64,000 bases of DNA from Candidatus Eremiobacteria bacterium (GTDB lineage: Bacteria; Vulcanimicrobiota; Vulcanimicrobiia; Eremiobacterales; Eremiobacteraceae). Made by a program: the position numbers and the translations under genes. Positions 25,191-34,317 of this stretch are shown one piece after another. Where the stretch lies: positions 609 to 64,608 of the forward strand of contig JANWLL010000075.1 of the NCBI GenBank assembly GCA_025450855.1, written 5' to 3'. Under the pieces are notes generated by a model. That model saw nothing but the letters and a program-made list of their open reading frames with translations. It had not been told where the DNA came from and made no database searches. Every line of letters begins with the position of its first letter. The first letter of the stretch is position 1.

Positions 25191-26374
25191 GAGCGCCCCT
25201 CCTTCGCGACGTCGAGCACCGCCTGCGCGATCGCGTCCGATGCTCCGGGCACACCCATCCGCTCGCGACCCGCCGCCCCCATCGCCGCGACGCGCTCGCG
25301 GTCGGCTAGCAGCGTGAGGACGTCGCGCGCGAACGCGTCGTCGTCCCCTTGAAGCACCACGAGCGCTTCGCCGAGCAGCTTCTGCTGTCGCATGCGATAC
25401 CAGCCGACCGATTGCGGCGACTCGCCCGGTGCCGCCGCGGCGACGACCGGTTTGCCGAGTCCCGCAGCCTGTTCGTTGCCGGTGCCCGCTTGACCGAGGA
25501 CGACGTCAGCCGCGCCGATCGACGCCGCGAGGCCGCTGCGAACGAGCCCGATCTCGACCGCGTCGCGCAACGCGATCGCCATGACCCCTTTGACGTGGCG
25601 ATACACGGTGACGTCGAACCCCTCGACCTTGAGGGCGCCGATGATCGCGGCGGTGTCCGCTGCCGGCGCGAGGGCGAGAAACGCTTGGACCCGCTTCCCG
25701 GACAACGCCGACATCCGAAGGAGCCTGCGCGCGGCCGCGCGCGTGTTTTGCGGCGCGTCCGAGCGGCTGCCCGGCAACAGCGCGACATGGATCGCGCCCT
25801 CCGCGATCGGCAGCGCGAACTCCGGCGCGGCGACTTGGTCCATCATCGCATTGCCCGCGTAGCACGCCCGCACGCCGCCTCGCATGAGCTCGCGCGCGGT
25901 CGGTTCGTCGCGCGCGAACGTGACGCACGCACCTCGAAGGATACGCCGCTCGACCCACGAGTGGGGCGCGACTCGCTCGGACTTCGCCGTCGCGACGACG
26001 ACCGCCGGAAGACGAGCGAACCACATGCACGCCGCGGCGCAGTAGGCGTCGCCGACCGCGACGACCGCGTCGTACGAACGCCGCTGGCGCGAGAGAAACG
26101 CGAACTGCGAAAGCGACAGCCCGATGAGCCCGGCGCCGACGTCGCGCACGATGTTCGGCACGTTCCAGTACGTGACCAGGCCGCCAGACGGCATGGCGGC
26201 TTGAGGTCCGACCGGCGGCGGCCACGCATCGTCATTCAACCGACCGACGAGCGGCATGTGCGCGAGGCTAGCGCTCGGCTCGCGGGCGGCGATCGCTTTG
26301 GCGATCGTCTCGAGGATCGCCATCTCGCCGAAGCCGTTGCTCACGAGCAAGATCCGTGCAGGCTCGCTCATCAT
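25187..26374 (-). CDS. Lipid-A-disaccharide synthase-related protein (LpxB-like GT-B paralog)
   Basis: ILLVSNGFGEMAILETIAKAI and the C-terminal GQAGTGNEQAAGLGKPVV resemble the lpxB-related family (TIGR03492-like, from memory). Translationally coupled on both sides within the lpx operon. Confidence 0.55.
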   Translation of the reverse strand: MMSEPARILLVSNGFGEMAILETIAKAIAAREPSASLAHMPLVGRLNDDAWPPPVGPQAAMPSGGLVTYWNVPNIVRDVGAGLIGLSLSQFAFLSRQRRSYDAVVAVGDAYCAAACMWFARLPAVVVATAKSERVAPHSWVERRILRGACVTFARDEPTARELMRGGVRACYAGNAMMDQVAAPEFALPIAEGAIHVALLPGSRSDAPQNTRAAARRLLRMSALSGKRVQAFLALAPAADTAAIIGALKVEGFDVTVYRHVKGVMAIALRDAVEIGLVRSGLAASIGAADVVLGQAGTGNEQAAGLGKPVVAAAAPGESPQSVGWYRMRQQKLLGEALVVLQGDDDAFARDVLTLLADRERVAAMGAAGRERMGVPGASDAIAQAVLDVAKEGRS

Positions 26375-27114
26375 CCTGATCCCGACGCGAGGAGCGGCAC
26401 CAAGCTATACGAAGCGACTGTTGGACGCTCTCCGCCGAGGTCGAGTTCGAGCCGGCCCACGTAGTCCGCGAATGGACCCGGTTGAACGATAGGAACGCCG
26501 TCGACGATCTCCGGACGCGCGAGCGTATCGTGACTGTGCCCGCCGACGATCGCCGAGAGTTCGGGATGGTACGCTGCGAGCGCCCGATCGGCGGAAAGGC
26601 CCAGGTGCGAAAGCAGGAGCGTCACGTCGGCTCTATCGGCGGCAGAGACCTGCACTTCGCGCAGCGCCACATCCGGTGCGAGGAATCGCCAACCGAAGAT
26701 GCGCTCCCAGCCGCTTCCGGTGCGGTACTGCGGCACGAGCAACGCGAGCAGACGGACGCGCAACCCGCCGACGTCGACGACGAGCGACCGCGCGAACGCC
26801 GGTGCCCGGTCGCGCAGGTCGACGAGATTCGAGCATACCCACGGCACGCGCGACGAGCGCGAGCGAGCGAGCATCCTCGAATGTAGGTAATGGAACTCCC
26901 GGTTGCCGACGGCTTGCGCTTTGTACGGCGCCTCGGCGAATTCTGCCATGACGCCTTCGACCGAGCGGAATACCGTCGACGATCCGCGGAGCGCATCACC
27001 GCAATCGACGAGTAGGCTGTCCGGTTCGACGATAGCGGCGAGCTTCGCGCCGAACCCGCGCCGGTCGTGGACGTCGGAGGTGTGGTAGACGACAAGCCTT
27101 TGAGAACCGTTCAC
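26371..27114 (-). CDS. Calcineurin-like metallophosphoesterase, 5'-nucleotidase/UshA-like catalytic domain only
   Basis: Motifs VVYHTSDVHD, VDCGDALRGS, AVGNREFHY and VGGHSHD. GTG start at 27114 overlaps the lpxB stop (GTGA). The N-terminal 300 aa of the track ORF is read-through over lpxB. Confidence 0.75.
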   Translation of the reverse strand: MNGSQRLVVYHTSDVHDRRGFGAKLAAIVEPDSLLVDCGDALRGSSTVFRSVEGVMAEFAEAPYKAQAVGNREFHYLHSRMLARSRSSRVPWVCSNLVDLRDRAPAFARSLVVDVGGLRVRLLALLVPQYRTGSGWERIFGWRFLAPDVALREVQVSAADRADVTLLLSHLGLSADRALAAYHPELSAIVGGHSHDTLARPEIVDGVPIVQPGPFADYVGRLELDLGGERPTVASYSLVPLLASGSG

Positions 27115-28253
27115 GAGGCCGTCGACTCGTCGAGCATAGCGTTGACGCGGCCGGCTATCCGTTCGAGCGAATCGGGTGGCCCCAGCGCCCGCCGCATGCG
27201 GTCGTAGCCGTCGAGCATGACTTCGCGTCGCGCGCGATCGTCGAGGAGCGGGTTCGTCTCCGAAACCAGGCGTTCGGCCGACATCGCATGCTGGAGCAGC
27301 TCCGGCACGATGCGCTCGTCGAGGACGAGGTTCGGAAGCGTTACCGGTCCGACGAGCAGATGCGGGAGATGACGCTCGACGAAGCGGTACTGCGCGTCCG
27401 AGACGCGATAAAACGTCACCTGCGGCGTGCCGACCAGCGCGGTCTCGAGGACTGCCGTTCCCGACGCGACCCACGCGACATCTGCGTCGACCACCGCGGT
27501 CGCCGCGTCGGAGCGAACGACAACCGAAGCACCGCCGCAAGCCTGCGGCCAGCGAGCCGCGATCGACGCGGCGAGTGCGTCCGAAGCGGCGACGACGCGA
27601 AACCGAGCGCCTCGTTCGCGCGCGAATCGCTCCGCGGCCGCTGCGAGCACCGGCAGATGACAGTCGACTTCGCCTTCGCGGCTGCCGGGCATGACGACGA
27701 CGAACGGCGACCGGGCGGGCTCGATCGGCGAACGCGACGCGACGAGCGACACGAGCGGATGACCGAACCACTCGATCGCAAGGCCGAGGCTCCGATAGAA
27801 GTCCGCCTGGTGTCGAAAAGGCGTGATCGCTCCGGCGACGCGCGCGACCTTGCGGGCTTGCGCGGGGCGGTCGAGCCACGCCGCCGGCGGGAAGTAATAG
27901 AGCGCACGGCCTTTGTAGCCGCAAAACCGGAGCCACTCGAGCATCCGGACGTTGAACGCGCCGAAGTCGACGCACACGATCAAGCGCGGCGGATCGCGCA
28001 TGATGCTGCTCGCGAGCAGCAGCATCCGGAGAAGGAGCCACGGGATCTTCACGTACGCGCGCAGGTGCCCCATGCTCGCCCAGCCGCCGGCGACCGAATC
28101 TTCGACGATCTCGGCCCCGGCTGCGCGGAGACGCAGCCCGCCTATCGCGCGGACGGTGAGCGATGGGCGCAGCTTGCGAAGCGCGGACACGAGCAGCGAC
28201 GCCTGAAGGTCGCCCGATGCTTCGCCCGCGATGACGAACAGATCGGCGGGCAT
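27111..28253 (-). CDS. lpxB: Lipid-A-disaccharide synthase
   Basis: MPADLFVIAGEASGDLQASLLVSALRKL, YYFPPAAW and ASGTAVLETALVGTPQV. Canonical position after lpxA. Confidence 0.9.
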   Translation of the reverse strand: MPADLFVIAGEASGDLQASLLVSALRKLRPSLTVRAIGGLRLRAAGAEIVEDSVAGGWASMGHLRAYVKIPWLLLRMLLLASSIMRDPPRLIVCVDFGAFNVRMLEWLRFCGYKGRALYYFPPAAWLDRPAQARKVARVAGAITPFRHQADFYRSLGLAIEWFGHPLVSLVASRSPIEPARSPFVVVMPGSREGEVDCHLPVLAAAAERFARERGARFRVVAASDALAASIAARWPQACGGASVVVRSDAATAVVDADVAWVASGTAVLETALVGTPQVTFYRVSDAQYRFVERHLPHLLVGPVTLPNLVLDERIVPELLQHAMSAERLVSETNPLLDDRARREVMLDGYDRMRRALGPPDSLERIAGRVNAMLDESTAS

Positions 28254-28260
28254 CCGGGGG

Positions 28261-29133
28261 CTATGACTCGTCGAACGTGTCGGCCGTCGCCGCTGCCCGG
28301 CCGTTGCTCGTGCGGCGCCTGGCGGTCGGCCGCGTCACGATGCCGCGTTCGGTCGGTTGCACGAAGAAGTCGATGAGCTCTTTGCCTTCCGCCGTCGTCA
28401 AGCTCGTACGCAGTTCCGCGAGCGCCGACGACCGGCGGTCTTCCGAGCGGTAGAGCTGCCGGTATGCTTCCTTCAACTCGTTGACGGCTTCGCGCGCGAC
28501 GCCGCGGCGCTTCATGCCTTCGACGTTGAGGCCGCGCACGTAACCGGGATTCCCTTGGATCATGAAGTACGGCGGCACGTCTTTCAGCAGCTTGCTGTAG
28601 CCGCCGATGAACGACATCTTCCCGATGCGCACGAACTGGTGGACGCCGACCATGCCGCCGATGCCGGCGTAATCCTCGACGGTGACGTGTCCGGCGAGCT
28701 GGCTCGAGTTCGACATGACGACGAAGTCGCCGATCAGGCAGTTGTGCGCGATGTGCACGTAGGCGAGCAACAGGTTGTCGTCCCCGATCGACGTATGCGA
28801 ACCCTCGCCCGTGCCGCGATGGATAGTGACGAACTCGCGGATGATGTTGCGGTCGCCGATGAACACCCGCGACGACTCGCCGCGATATTTCTTGTCCTGC
28901 GAGGTCGCTCCGATCACCGTGAACGGGTGCACTTCGTTGTGCTTGCCGATGGTCGTGTGGCCGTTGACGACGACGTTGCTGAGCAGGCGCGTGCCTTCGC
29001 CGAGCTTGACGTCCTCGCCGACGAGGCAGAACGGGCCGACCTCGACGCCGCGCGAGAGCTCCGCGCCCGGATGGACGATCGCGGTCGGGTGGATGTTGAG
29101 CGAGTGCGCTCCTAGGGAATCGCGTTTCGTCAC
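28261..29133 (-). CDS. lpxA: Acyl-ACP--UDP-N-acetylglucosamine O-acyltransferase
   Basis: IHPTAIVHPGAELSRGVEVGPFCLVG hexapeptide repeats, IGDRNIIREFVTIHRGT and a C-terminal helical domain. About 30 extra C-terminal residues. Confidence 0.92.
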   Translation of the reverse strand: MTKRDSLGAHSLNIHPTAIVHPGAELSRGVEVGPFCLVGEDVKLGEGTRLLSNVVVNGHTTIGKHNEVHPFTVIGATSQDKKYRGESSRVFIGDRNIIREFVTIHRGTGEGSHTSIGDDNLLLAYVHIAHNCLIGDFVVMSNSSQLAGHVTVEDYAGIGGMVGVHQFVRIGKMSFIGGYSKLLKDVPPYFMIQGNPGYVRGLNVEGMKRRGVAREAVNELKEAYRQLYRSEDRRSSALAELRTSLTTAEGKELIDFFVQPTERGIVTRPTARRRTSNGRAAATADTFDES

Positions 29134-29140
29134 ATCAGGC

Positions 29141-29614
29141 CTACATGTGCAAGATCGATGCGTCGAGGCGGAACAGCCGCGTGTCTGACACCATCGAGAA
29201 CGCGAGCTCGCCCGAACACACGAGCTGGTCGTCGACGCGCGCCTCGGCGCGAAGGCCGCCCATGTTCATGCGCACCCACATGACGTTCACTTCCATGACG
29301 AGCTTGTCTCCCGGGATGACCGGCCGCCGGAACTTCACCTTGTCGACGCCGGCGAGATACGGCACCGTCGTCGTCTGGCTGTTCGGCTCGAGGATCGCGC
29401 TGCCGCCGAGCTGCGCCATCGCTTCGATGATGAGCACGCCCGGCATGACCGGGTTGTTGGGGAAATGGCCGGTGAAGAACGGCTCGTTGAACGTGATGTT
29501 CTTGTAGCCGACGGCGCGCTTCTGCGGCTCGAGCTCGGTGATGCGGTCGATGAGCAGCATCGGATACCGATGCGGCAGGATCTCCATTATTGAGCGGACG
29601 TCGACGTAAGCCAC
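29141..29614 (-). CDS. fabZ: 3-hydroxyacyl-ACP dehydratase FabZ
   Basis: ILPHRYPMLLIDRI and FFTGHFPNNPVMPGVLIIEAMAQ. Confidence 0.95.
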   Translation of the reverse strand: MAYVDVRSIMEILPHRYPMLLIDRITELEPQKRAVGYKNITFNEPFFTGHFPNNPVMPGVLIIEAMAQLGGSAILEPNSQTTTVPYLAGVDKVKFRRPVIPGDKLVMEVNVMWVRMNMGGLRAEARVDDQLVCSGELAFSMVSDTRLFRLDASILHM

Positions 29615-29671
29615 TGGTCTATCGTCTCCAGGGAAGCGGCCGCAAGGCCGCGGTGCAAACGCTGCGGCGCG

Positions 29672-30514
29672 TCAACGTGCGATCGCAGCCGGACGGTACG
29701 GCGCGAGCAGCTCGCGCACCGCCGCCACGTGCAGCGCGTGACCCGATTTGAGAGCGATGACCTCGCAGCGTGGATGCATGCCGAGCAGCGCGAAGTCGCC
29801 GATGAGGTCGAGCGCTTTGTGGCGCACGATCTCGTCGGGGAAGCGCAGCTTGCCCATGTACCCGTCGCGGTCGATGACGACCGCATTGTCGAGCGAGCCG
29901 CCGAGCGCGAGGCCTTGCGAGTAGAGCGCCTCGACCTCCGCGCGGAATCCGAACGTCCGGTTCGGCGCGATCTCGCGCAGGAAGTATTCGGGCGTGATCT
30001 CGGGCGTCTCGAGGAACTGGTTGCCGACCGGCTCGGGGAACGCGACGAAGAAATTGATCTTGAAGTGCGGCGCCGGCACGACGACGAGGAGTTTGTCGCC
30101 GTCGCGCACCCAGAACGGCGAGCGAAGCTCGAGGATGCGGCGCGGCACGCGCTGCTCGACGAGGCCCGTCTTGGCGATCGCATCGGCGAACGGCTTCGCG
30201 CTGCCGTCCATGATCGGCACTTCTTCCGCGTCGATGGAGATGGCCGCGTTGTCGACGCCCATGCCCGCGAGCGCGGCCAGCACGTGCTCGACCGTATTGA
30301 TCTCGGCGGTCGGCGATCCGAGCGTCGTGCAACGGACGGTCGAGCGCACGGTCTGATGCGTGGCGGGGATGCGCGAGCCGTCGGCGAGCGAAAACGAAAA
30401 ACCCGCGTTTGCCGGCGCGGGCGAAAGTGTCAGATTTGCCTCACAGCCGGTGTGTAGGCCGACTCCGGACAGGTGTATCTCGTCGGCGAGTGTATGCTGG
30501 TATTCCACGATCAC
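29672..30514 (-). CDS. lpxC: UDP-3-O-acyl-N-acetylglucosamine deacetylase
   Basis: LSGVGLHTG, TVEHVLAALAGMGVDN and RHKALDLIGDFALLG. Confidence 0.95.
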   Translation of the reverse strand: MIVEYQHTLADEIHLSGVGLHTGCEANLTLSPAPANAGFSFSLADGSRIPATHQTVRSTVRCTTLGSPTAEINTVEHVLAALAGMGVDNAAISIDAEEVPIMDGSAKPFADAIAKTGLVEQRVPRRILELRSPFWVRDGDKLLVVVPAPHFKINFFVAFPEPVGNQFLETPEITPEYFLREIAPNRTFGFRAEVEALYSQGLALGGSLDNAVVIDRDGYMGKLRFPDEIVRHKALDLIGDFALLGMHPRCEVIALKSGHALHVAAVRELLAPYRPAAIAR

Positions 30515-30528
30515 CGCATGCGGACGAG

Positions 30529-31569
30529 CTACCGACGTTTACGGAGCTCGGTCACCGCATCCATCAACGCCCGCACTTGCTCGACGAGTTTAGGCAGCCT
30601 GCGCAGGAGGACCTGCTGTTCCATCACCGCGCGATGCGGCTGCGCAGGAAAGCCCGACACGCGCGAATGCGGCGGTATCGAATGCGTGACGCCTGCTTGC
30701 GCGAGGACGAGCGAGTATTCGCCGATCTCGAGATGACCTGCGATGCCCGCTTGTCCGGCTGCCGTCGTGCCGCGCCCGATCTTCGCGCTGCCCGCGATGC
30801 CGACCTGACCGCAGAGCACGCAGTTCTCGCCGATCTGCACGTTGTGTCCGATCTGCACGAGGTTGTCGATCTTCGTCCCCGATCCGACGACCGTAGAGCC
30901 GGTGACCGCGCGATCGATCGCGGCGCACGCGCCGACCTCGACGCGATCGCCGACGACGACGTTGCCGATCTGCGGGATCTTCACGTGCTCCTCGCCGATG
31001 CGGACGAACCCGAAGCCGTCAGAGCCGATGACGCAGCCGGCGTTGAGGATGCAATCGTCGCCGACGATGCAATGATCGAGGACGACCGCGCGCGGGTGCA
31101 CGAGCGTGCGCTTGCCGATCGACGCGTTCGCGCCGACATACGCGCCGGGGAGCAGCACAGCCTCGTCGCCGATCGACGCGCCGCTCCCGATGATGACGCC
31201 CGCTCCGATCCAGACGTCCTTGCCGCGTTTGCAATCGGCTGCGACGACGGCGGTCGGGTGTGTCGATTCGCCTTGAGGAAGCGGCGGTGCGAAGACGGTG
31301 AGCATCGCGGCGAGCGCGGCTCGGACATCGCTCGCGAGGAGCAGCGTCTTGTCGCCGCGGTCGACGTCCGGCGAGGTCGCCGGCACGATGACGGCTGACG
31401 CGCGCGACGCGATCGCCTTCTCGACCCAGCGCGAGTCGACCGCGAAGGTCAGCGCGCCGGGCGTCGCGTCGTCGACGGAGCTTATCCGTTCTATGAGGAG
31501 CGCGCCGTCGCCGACGACGGCGGCGCCCGCCGCTTTGGCGAGCTCCTCGACCGTGCGGGCGCGCTGCAC
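30529..31569 (-). CDS. lpxD: UDP-3-O-acylglucosamine N-acyltransferase
   Basis: N-terminal uridine-binding domain, then a long hexapeptide-repeat left-handed helix (IGNVVVGDRVEVGACAAIDRA...IGHNVQIGENCVL). Confidence 0.93.
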   Translation of the reverse strand: MQRARTVEELAKAAGAAVVGDGALLIERISSVDDATPGALTFAVDSRWVEKAIASRASAVIVPATSPDVDRGDKTLLLASDVRAALAAMLTVFAPPLPQGESTHPTAVVAADCKRGKDVWIGAGVIIGSGASIGDEAVLLPGAYVGANASIGKRTLVHPRAVVLDHCIVGDDCILNAGCVIGSDGFGFVRIGEEHVKIPQIGNVVVGDRVEVGACAAIDRAVTGSTVVGSGTKIDNLVQIGHNVQIGENCVLCGQVGIAGSAKIGRGTTAAGQAGIAGHLEIGEYSLVLAQAGVTHSIPPHSRVSGFPAQPHRAVMEQQVLLRRLPKLVEQVRALMDAVTELRKRR

Positions 31570-31584
31570 GTACGTCGCCTGGGT

Positions 31585-32004
31585 CTAGAACGCTGGCGAG
31601 GGCGAAGCCGTCGGGATGCTCATAGCTTTTTCGACGTCGGTCGTGATGTCATCGCCGCCGTACGCCACACCCTCGCGCGTCACGACGAGCTGATAGTTGC
31701 GGCCCTTGGCGATCGTCGACACGGTGGCGCGCAAGTCGTTCGTCACTTCGTCCTGCCAGCGCTTGCTCTGACCTTGGAGCTGGGCGAGCTGCTGCTGCTT
31801 CTGCGACGCGGGCATCTTGCTGCCCTCGATCGCGGCGAAGCTCGCCTGCAGCTGGTTCGAGTAGTTCTGGAATTTCGGCCAGTTCGCTTCGATCGCGAGG
31901 ATGTTGACGACCGCTACTTTCGAGCGCGGTCCGGCGCAGCCGCCCGCGAAGAGCGCGCTGGCCACGCACGCGGCGAAGAGCATGCCGTATGAGTACGTTC
32001 GCAT
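31585..32004 (-). CDS. OmpH/Skp-family periplasmic chaperone lipoprotein
   Basis: Lipobox LFAGGC, VAVVNILAIEANWPKF, a Q-rich helix and IAKGRNYQLVVTREGVAYGGDDITTDV. Confidence 0.8.
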   Translation of the reverse strand: MRTYSYGMLFAACVASALFAGGCAGPRSKVAVVNILAIEANWPKFQNYSNQLQASFAAIEGSKMPASQKQQQLAQLQGQSKRWQDEVTNDLRATVSTIAKGRNYQLVVTREGVAYGGDDITTDVEKAMSIPTASPSPAF

Positions 32005-33387
32005 CTATCCCCCGGATGGTGCCGGCGACAGCGTCGCCGACGGTAGCGCGGCGACTGCTTTCGCCACTTGGTCGGTGAGGTCGACGGCGCTGCCCGAGCC
32101 CGCGACCGAATCGAAGACGATGGCGATGCCGCGCGCTTGCGCGACTTCGCCGACCTGCTGCTGCACCTGATCGAGTATTTTCGCGTAGAGATCGCGGCGC
32201 TGCGACGAGATGCCGTCGATCTGCGCCTGGATCGCCTGGTCGTCTTGGAACTGCATGTGCGCGATCGCGCTATACTTGTCGACGAGCGCCTTGCGCGTGT
32301 CGCGATACGACGCCATCGCGGCGGTCGCATCGGCCTGGAACTTCACCTGCGTCTGGCTTTGGATCGCCTGCGCCTTCTGCTGGAGCGCCGGGTCGCCGGC
32401 GATCGCTTTGTTGACGTCGGTGAGACGCTGGTTGAACTTCTGGCTGAGCGCGGTGGCTTGCTGATGGAACTCGACGTTCATCTCTGTCTGACGTGACGCG
32501 AGCTTCGCACTCGTCTGCTTCTCGGTCGCCGTCCGTTCCGCGTCGAACCGGGCGGCCGCCTGGGTCTGGAGCGTCTTCTCATAAGCGGAGAGCTCGGCGT
32601 TGTCCTTCGTCTTCAGCTGGTTCGTGAGGAACTCTTCGCGCGTCTCGATGTCTTGCAGCTGCGCCGCATACTGCGAGCGGTCTTGCGGCGACAGCGCGAG
32701 GTTCTCGAGCTTCGTCTTGAGGTTGAGCCGCTGATCCTGATCTTGGTGGGCGAGCTGGACTTGATACGTCGTCTCATTCGCCACGAGCTCCGATTCTTTC
32801 GCGCGCACTTTCGCGGCGACGTCGGCGGCGAGCAGCCGCTGCACGCTCTTGAGGTGCGACGTGTCCTCTTTGAAGAGCGACGTGCGATACGCCTCGAGCG
32901 TCTTGGCCCCCGACGCTTGGAGCTGCTGCATCTGGGCGCTGAATTCGCCTCGCATCGCGGTGAGGACGTCGCCCGATTGCGGCGAGGCGCCCCCGCCGCC
33001 CGAGATGTTCGCGAGCGCGGCCTGTTCCTGAGCTTGATAGAACTCGCGCCTGCGGAGCATGTCTTGCTCGAATTGAGCCTCGGCGGCGGCGAGATCTCGC
33101 TCGAGCCCCGCCTGCGCGTCGCGTTGCGCCGGGGTCACCGCTTGCGGTGCCGAGACCGACTGCGCGCTGAGCAGCGTGATCTGATCCTCGAGCGCTTGGA
33201 GTTCGGGATGGAGGGGATGGGCTTGGACGACTTTGTCGATGTCGACGTAGGCTATGCCGTGCGCGGCCGGTCTCGAGTTGAGCATCTCGGCGGTCTTGGC
33301 GCACCCGCCGCCGAGCAGTGCGGTCAGCGCGAGCGCGAGCATCGCGCAAGCGCGGCTGACCCCGGACCCGTCGCCGACCGCGTACAT
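32005..33387 (-). CDS. Expanded OmpH/Skp-like lipoprotein with a ~350-aa coiled-coil insert
   Basis: Lipobox LLGGGC. The OmpH-like ends are IAYVDIDKVVQAHP at the N-terminus and VAQARGIAIVFDSVAGSGSAVDLTDQVAKAV at the C-terminus. A long Q/A/E-rich helical region lies between them. Confidence 0.65.
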   Translation of the reverse strand: MYAVGDGSGVSRACAMLALALTALLGGGCAKTAEMLNSRPAAHGIAYVDIDKVVQAHPLHPELQALEDQITLLSAQSVSAPQAVTPAQRDAQAGLERDLAAAEAQFEQDMLRRREFYQAQEQAALANISGGGGASPQSGDVLTAMRGEFSAQMQQLQASGAKTLEAYRTSLFKEDTSHLKSVQRLLAADVAAKVRAKESELVANETTYQVQLAHQDQDQRLNLKTKLENLALSPQDRSQYAAQLQDIETREEFLTNQLKTKDNAELSAYEKTLQTQAAARFDAERTATEKQTSAKLASRQTEMNVEFHQQATALSQKFNQRLTDVNKAIAGDPALQQKAQAIQSQTQVKFQADATAAMASYRDTRKALVDKYSAIAHMQFQDDQAIQAQIDGISSQRRDLYAKILDQVQQQVGEVAQARGIAIVFDSVAGSGSAVDLTDQVAKAVAALPSATLSPAPSGG

Positions 33388-33389
33388 TA

Positions 33390-34223
33390 CTATTGAAGCG
33401 CCTTGACGACGTCGGCCGTCACGTCGGTGCCGCCGTAGACGCGGTTCTCAGCGTTGACGACGAGCAGCAGGCCCTTCGACTTCGCGACCGTCGAGATGGC
33501 CTTGTCCGTCTGGTCGACCATCGGCTGGAGCACCTTCGTGCGCTCATCGGACATCTGTGTCTGGTATTGGGCGAGGATCTTCTGGCGCTGGTCGACCGGC
33601 GTCTTGCTGTTGATCTGCGACGACAGCTGCTGGCGCAGCTGGTTCTGGAACTGGACGAACTGGTCGCTGGCGGCCTTCATCTTCGGCAGCGCGTCGATCT
33701 GCGACCGGTCGACGTAGCCGATCTCGGACGGCGCCGGCGTGTTCACCGGCGGCACGACCTGACCGGGCGCGTTGAGCAGATCGGTCACGTCCTTCGTTAT
33801 GTCGAGGCCGCCGAAGATGACGATCTGCTTGTCGACGACGACGCTGAGGCCTTTGTTGGCCGCGACCTGAGCGATGGCCGCGTTCGCACGTCCGAGCAGC
33901 GGATCGAAGATCTGATGCTGCGCTTGACGGAGCCGGTTCTGGAAGTCCGTCGAGATGCGCTGCTGATCGGCCGCGCTCTTGCCCTTGATCGCGGCTTGGA
34001 ACTGCGCTTGCATCTGTTGCTGGACGCGGGTGAGCTGCGTCTTCGCGTCTTGGAACTGGCTCAAATTCCCGATCGCCGCTTGGTCGACGATGCCGATGTC
34101 GGCGACGTCGGTCGCGAGCACTTGCGGCGTCATCGCGAGCGCGAGCGCGGTGATCGCTGCAGCGGCGATGAGCGCTCGACGGACCTTCGCGGGTCTCGCC
34201 GACGCTTGTCGTTGCATGTCCAT
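33390..34223 (-). CDS. Tandem-domain OmpH/Skp-family chaperone
   Basis: Two OmpH modules: IGIVDQAAIGNL...VAANKGLSVVVDKQIVIFGGLDITKDV and IGYVDRSQIDAL...VAKSKGLLLVVNAENRVYGGTDVTADV. Start at ATG 34223 behind GGAGAAGAGGGAA. Confidence 0.8.
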   Translation of the reverse strand: MDMQRQASARPAKVRRALIAAAAITALALAMTPQVLATDVADIGIVDQAAIGNLSQFQDAKTQLTRVQQQMQAQFQAAIKGKSAADQQRISTDFQNRLRQAQHQIFDPLLGRANAAIAQVAANKGLSVVVDKQIVIFGGLDITKDVTDLLNAPGQVVPPVNTPAPSEIGYVDRSQIDALPKMKAASDQFVQFQNQLRQQLSSQINSKTPVDQRQKILAQYQTQMSDERTKVLQPMVDQTDKAISTVAKSKGLLLVVNAENRVYGGTDVTADVVKALQ

Positions 34224-34317
34224 GATGCCCTTGTTCCCTCTTCTCCCTAGTCGAGTAAGCAGCCGCGGCACGCGGCTGTACGCTCGAGCGGTCGCCATGC
34301 GTCCGCGCGAGCGGCGG

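Noticed and set aside
27115-28041. N-terminal ~300 aa of the 556-aa track ORF 26371-28041, and similar upstream extensions of 20048-21457, 52342-53934, 57853-59637, 42184-44466, 44093-45337 and 62632-63654
   Set aside because: These extensions read out of frame through the preceding well-supported genes (lpxB, DUF3084-like, jag, cca/parA, dciA, recF spacer). Conserved-domain homology begins only at internal ATG, GTG or TTG starts that overlap the upstream stop codon.
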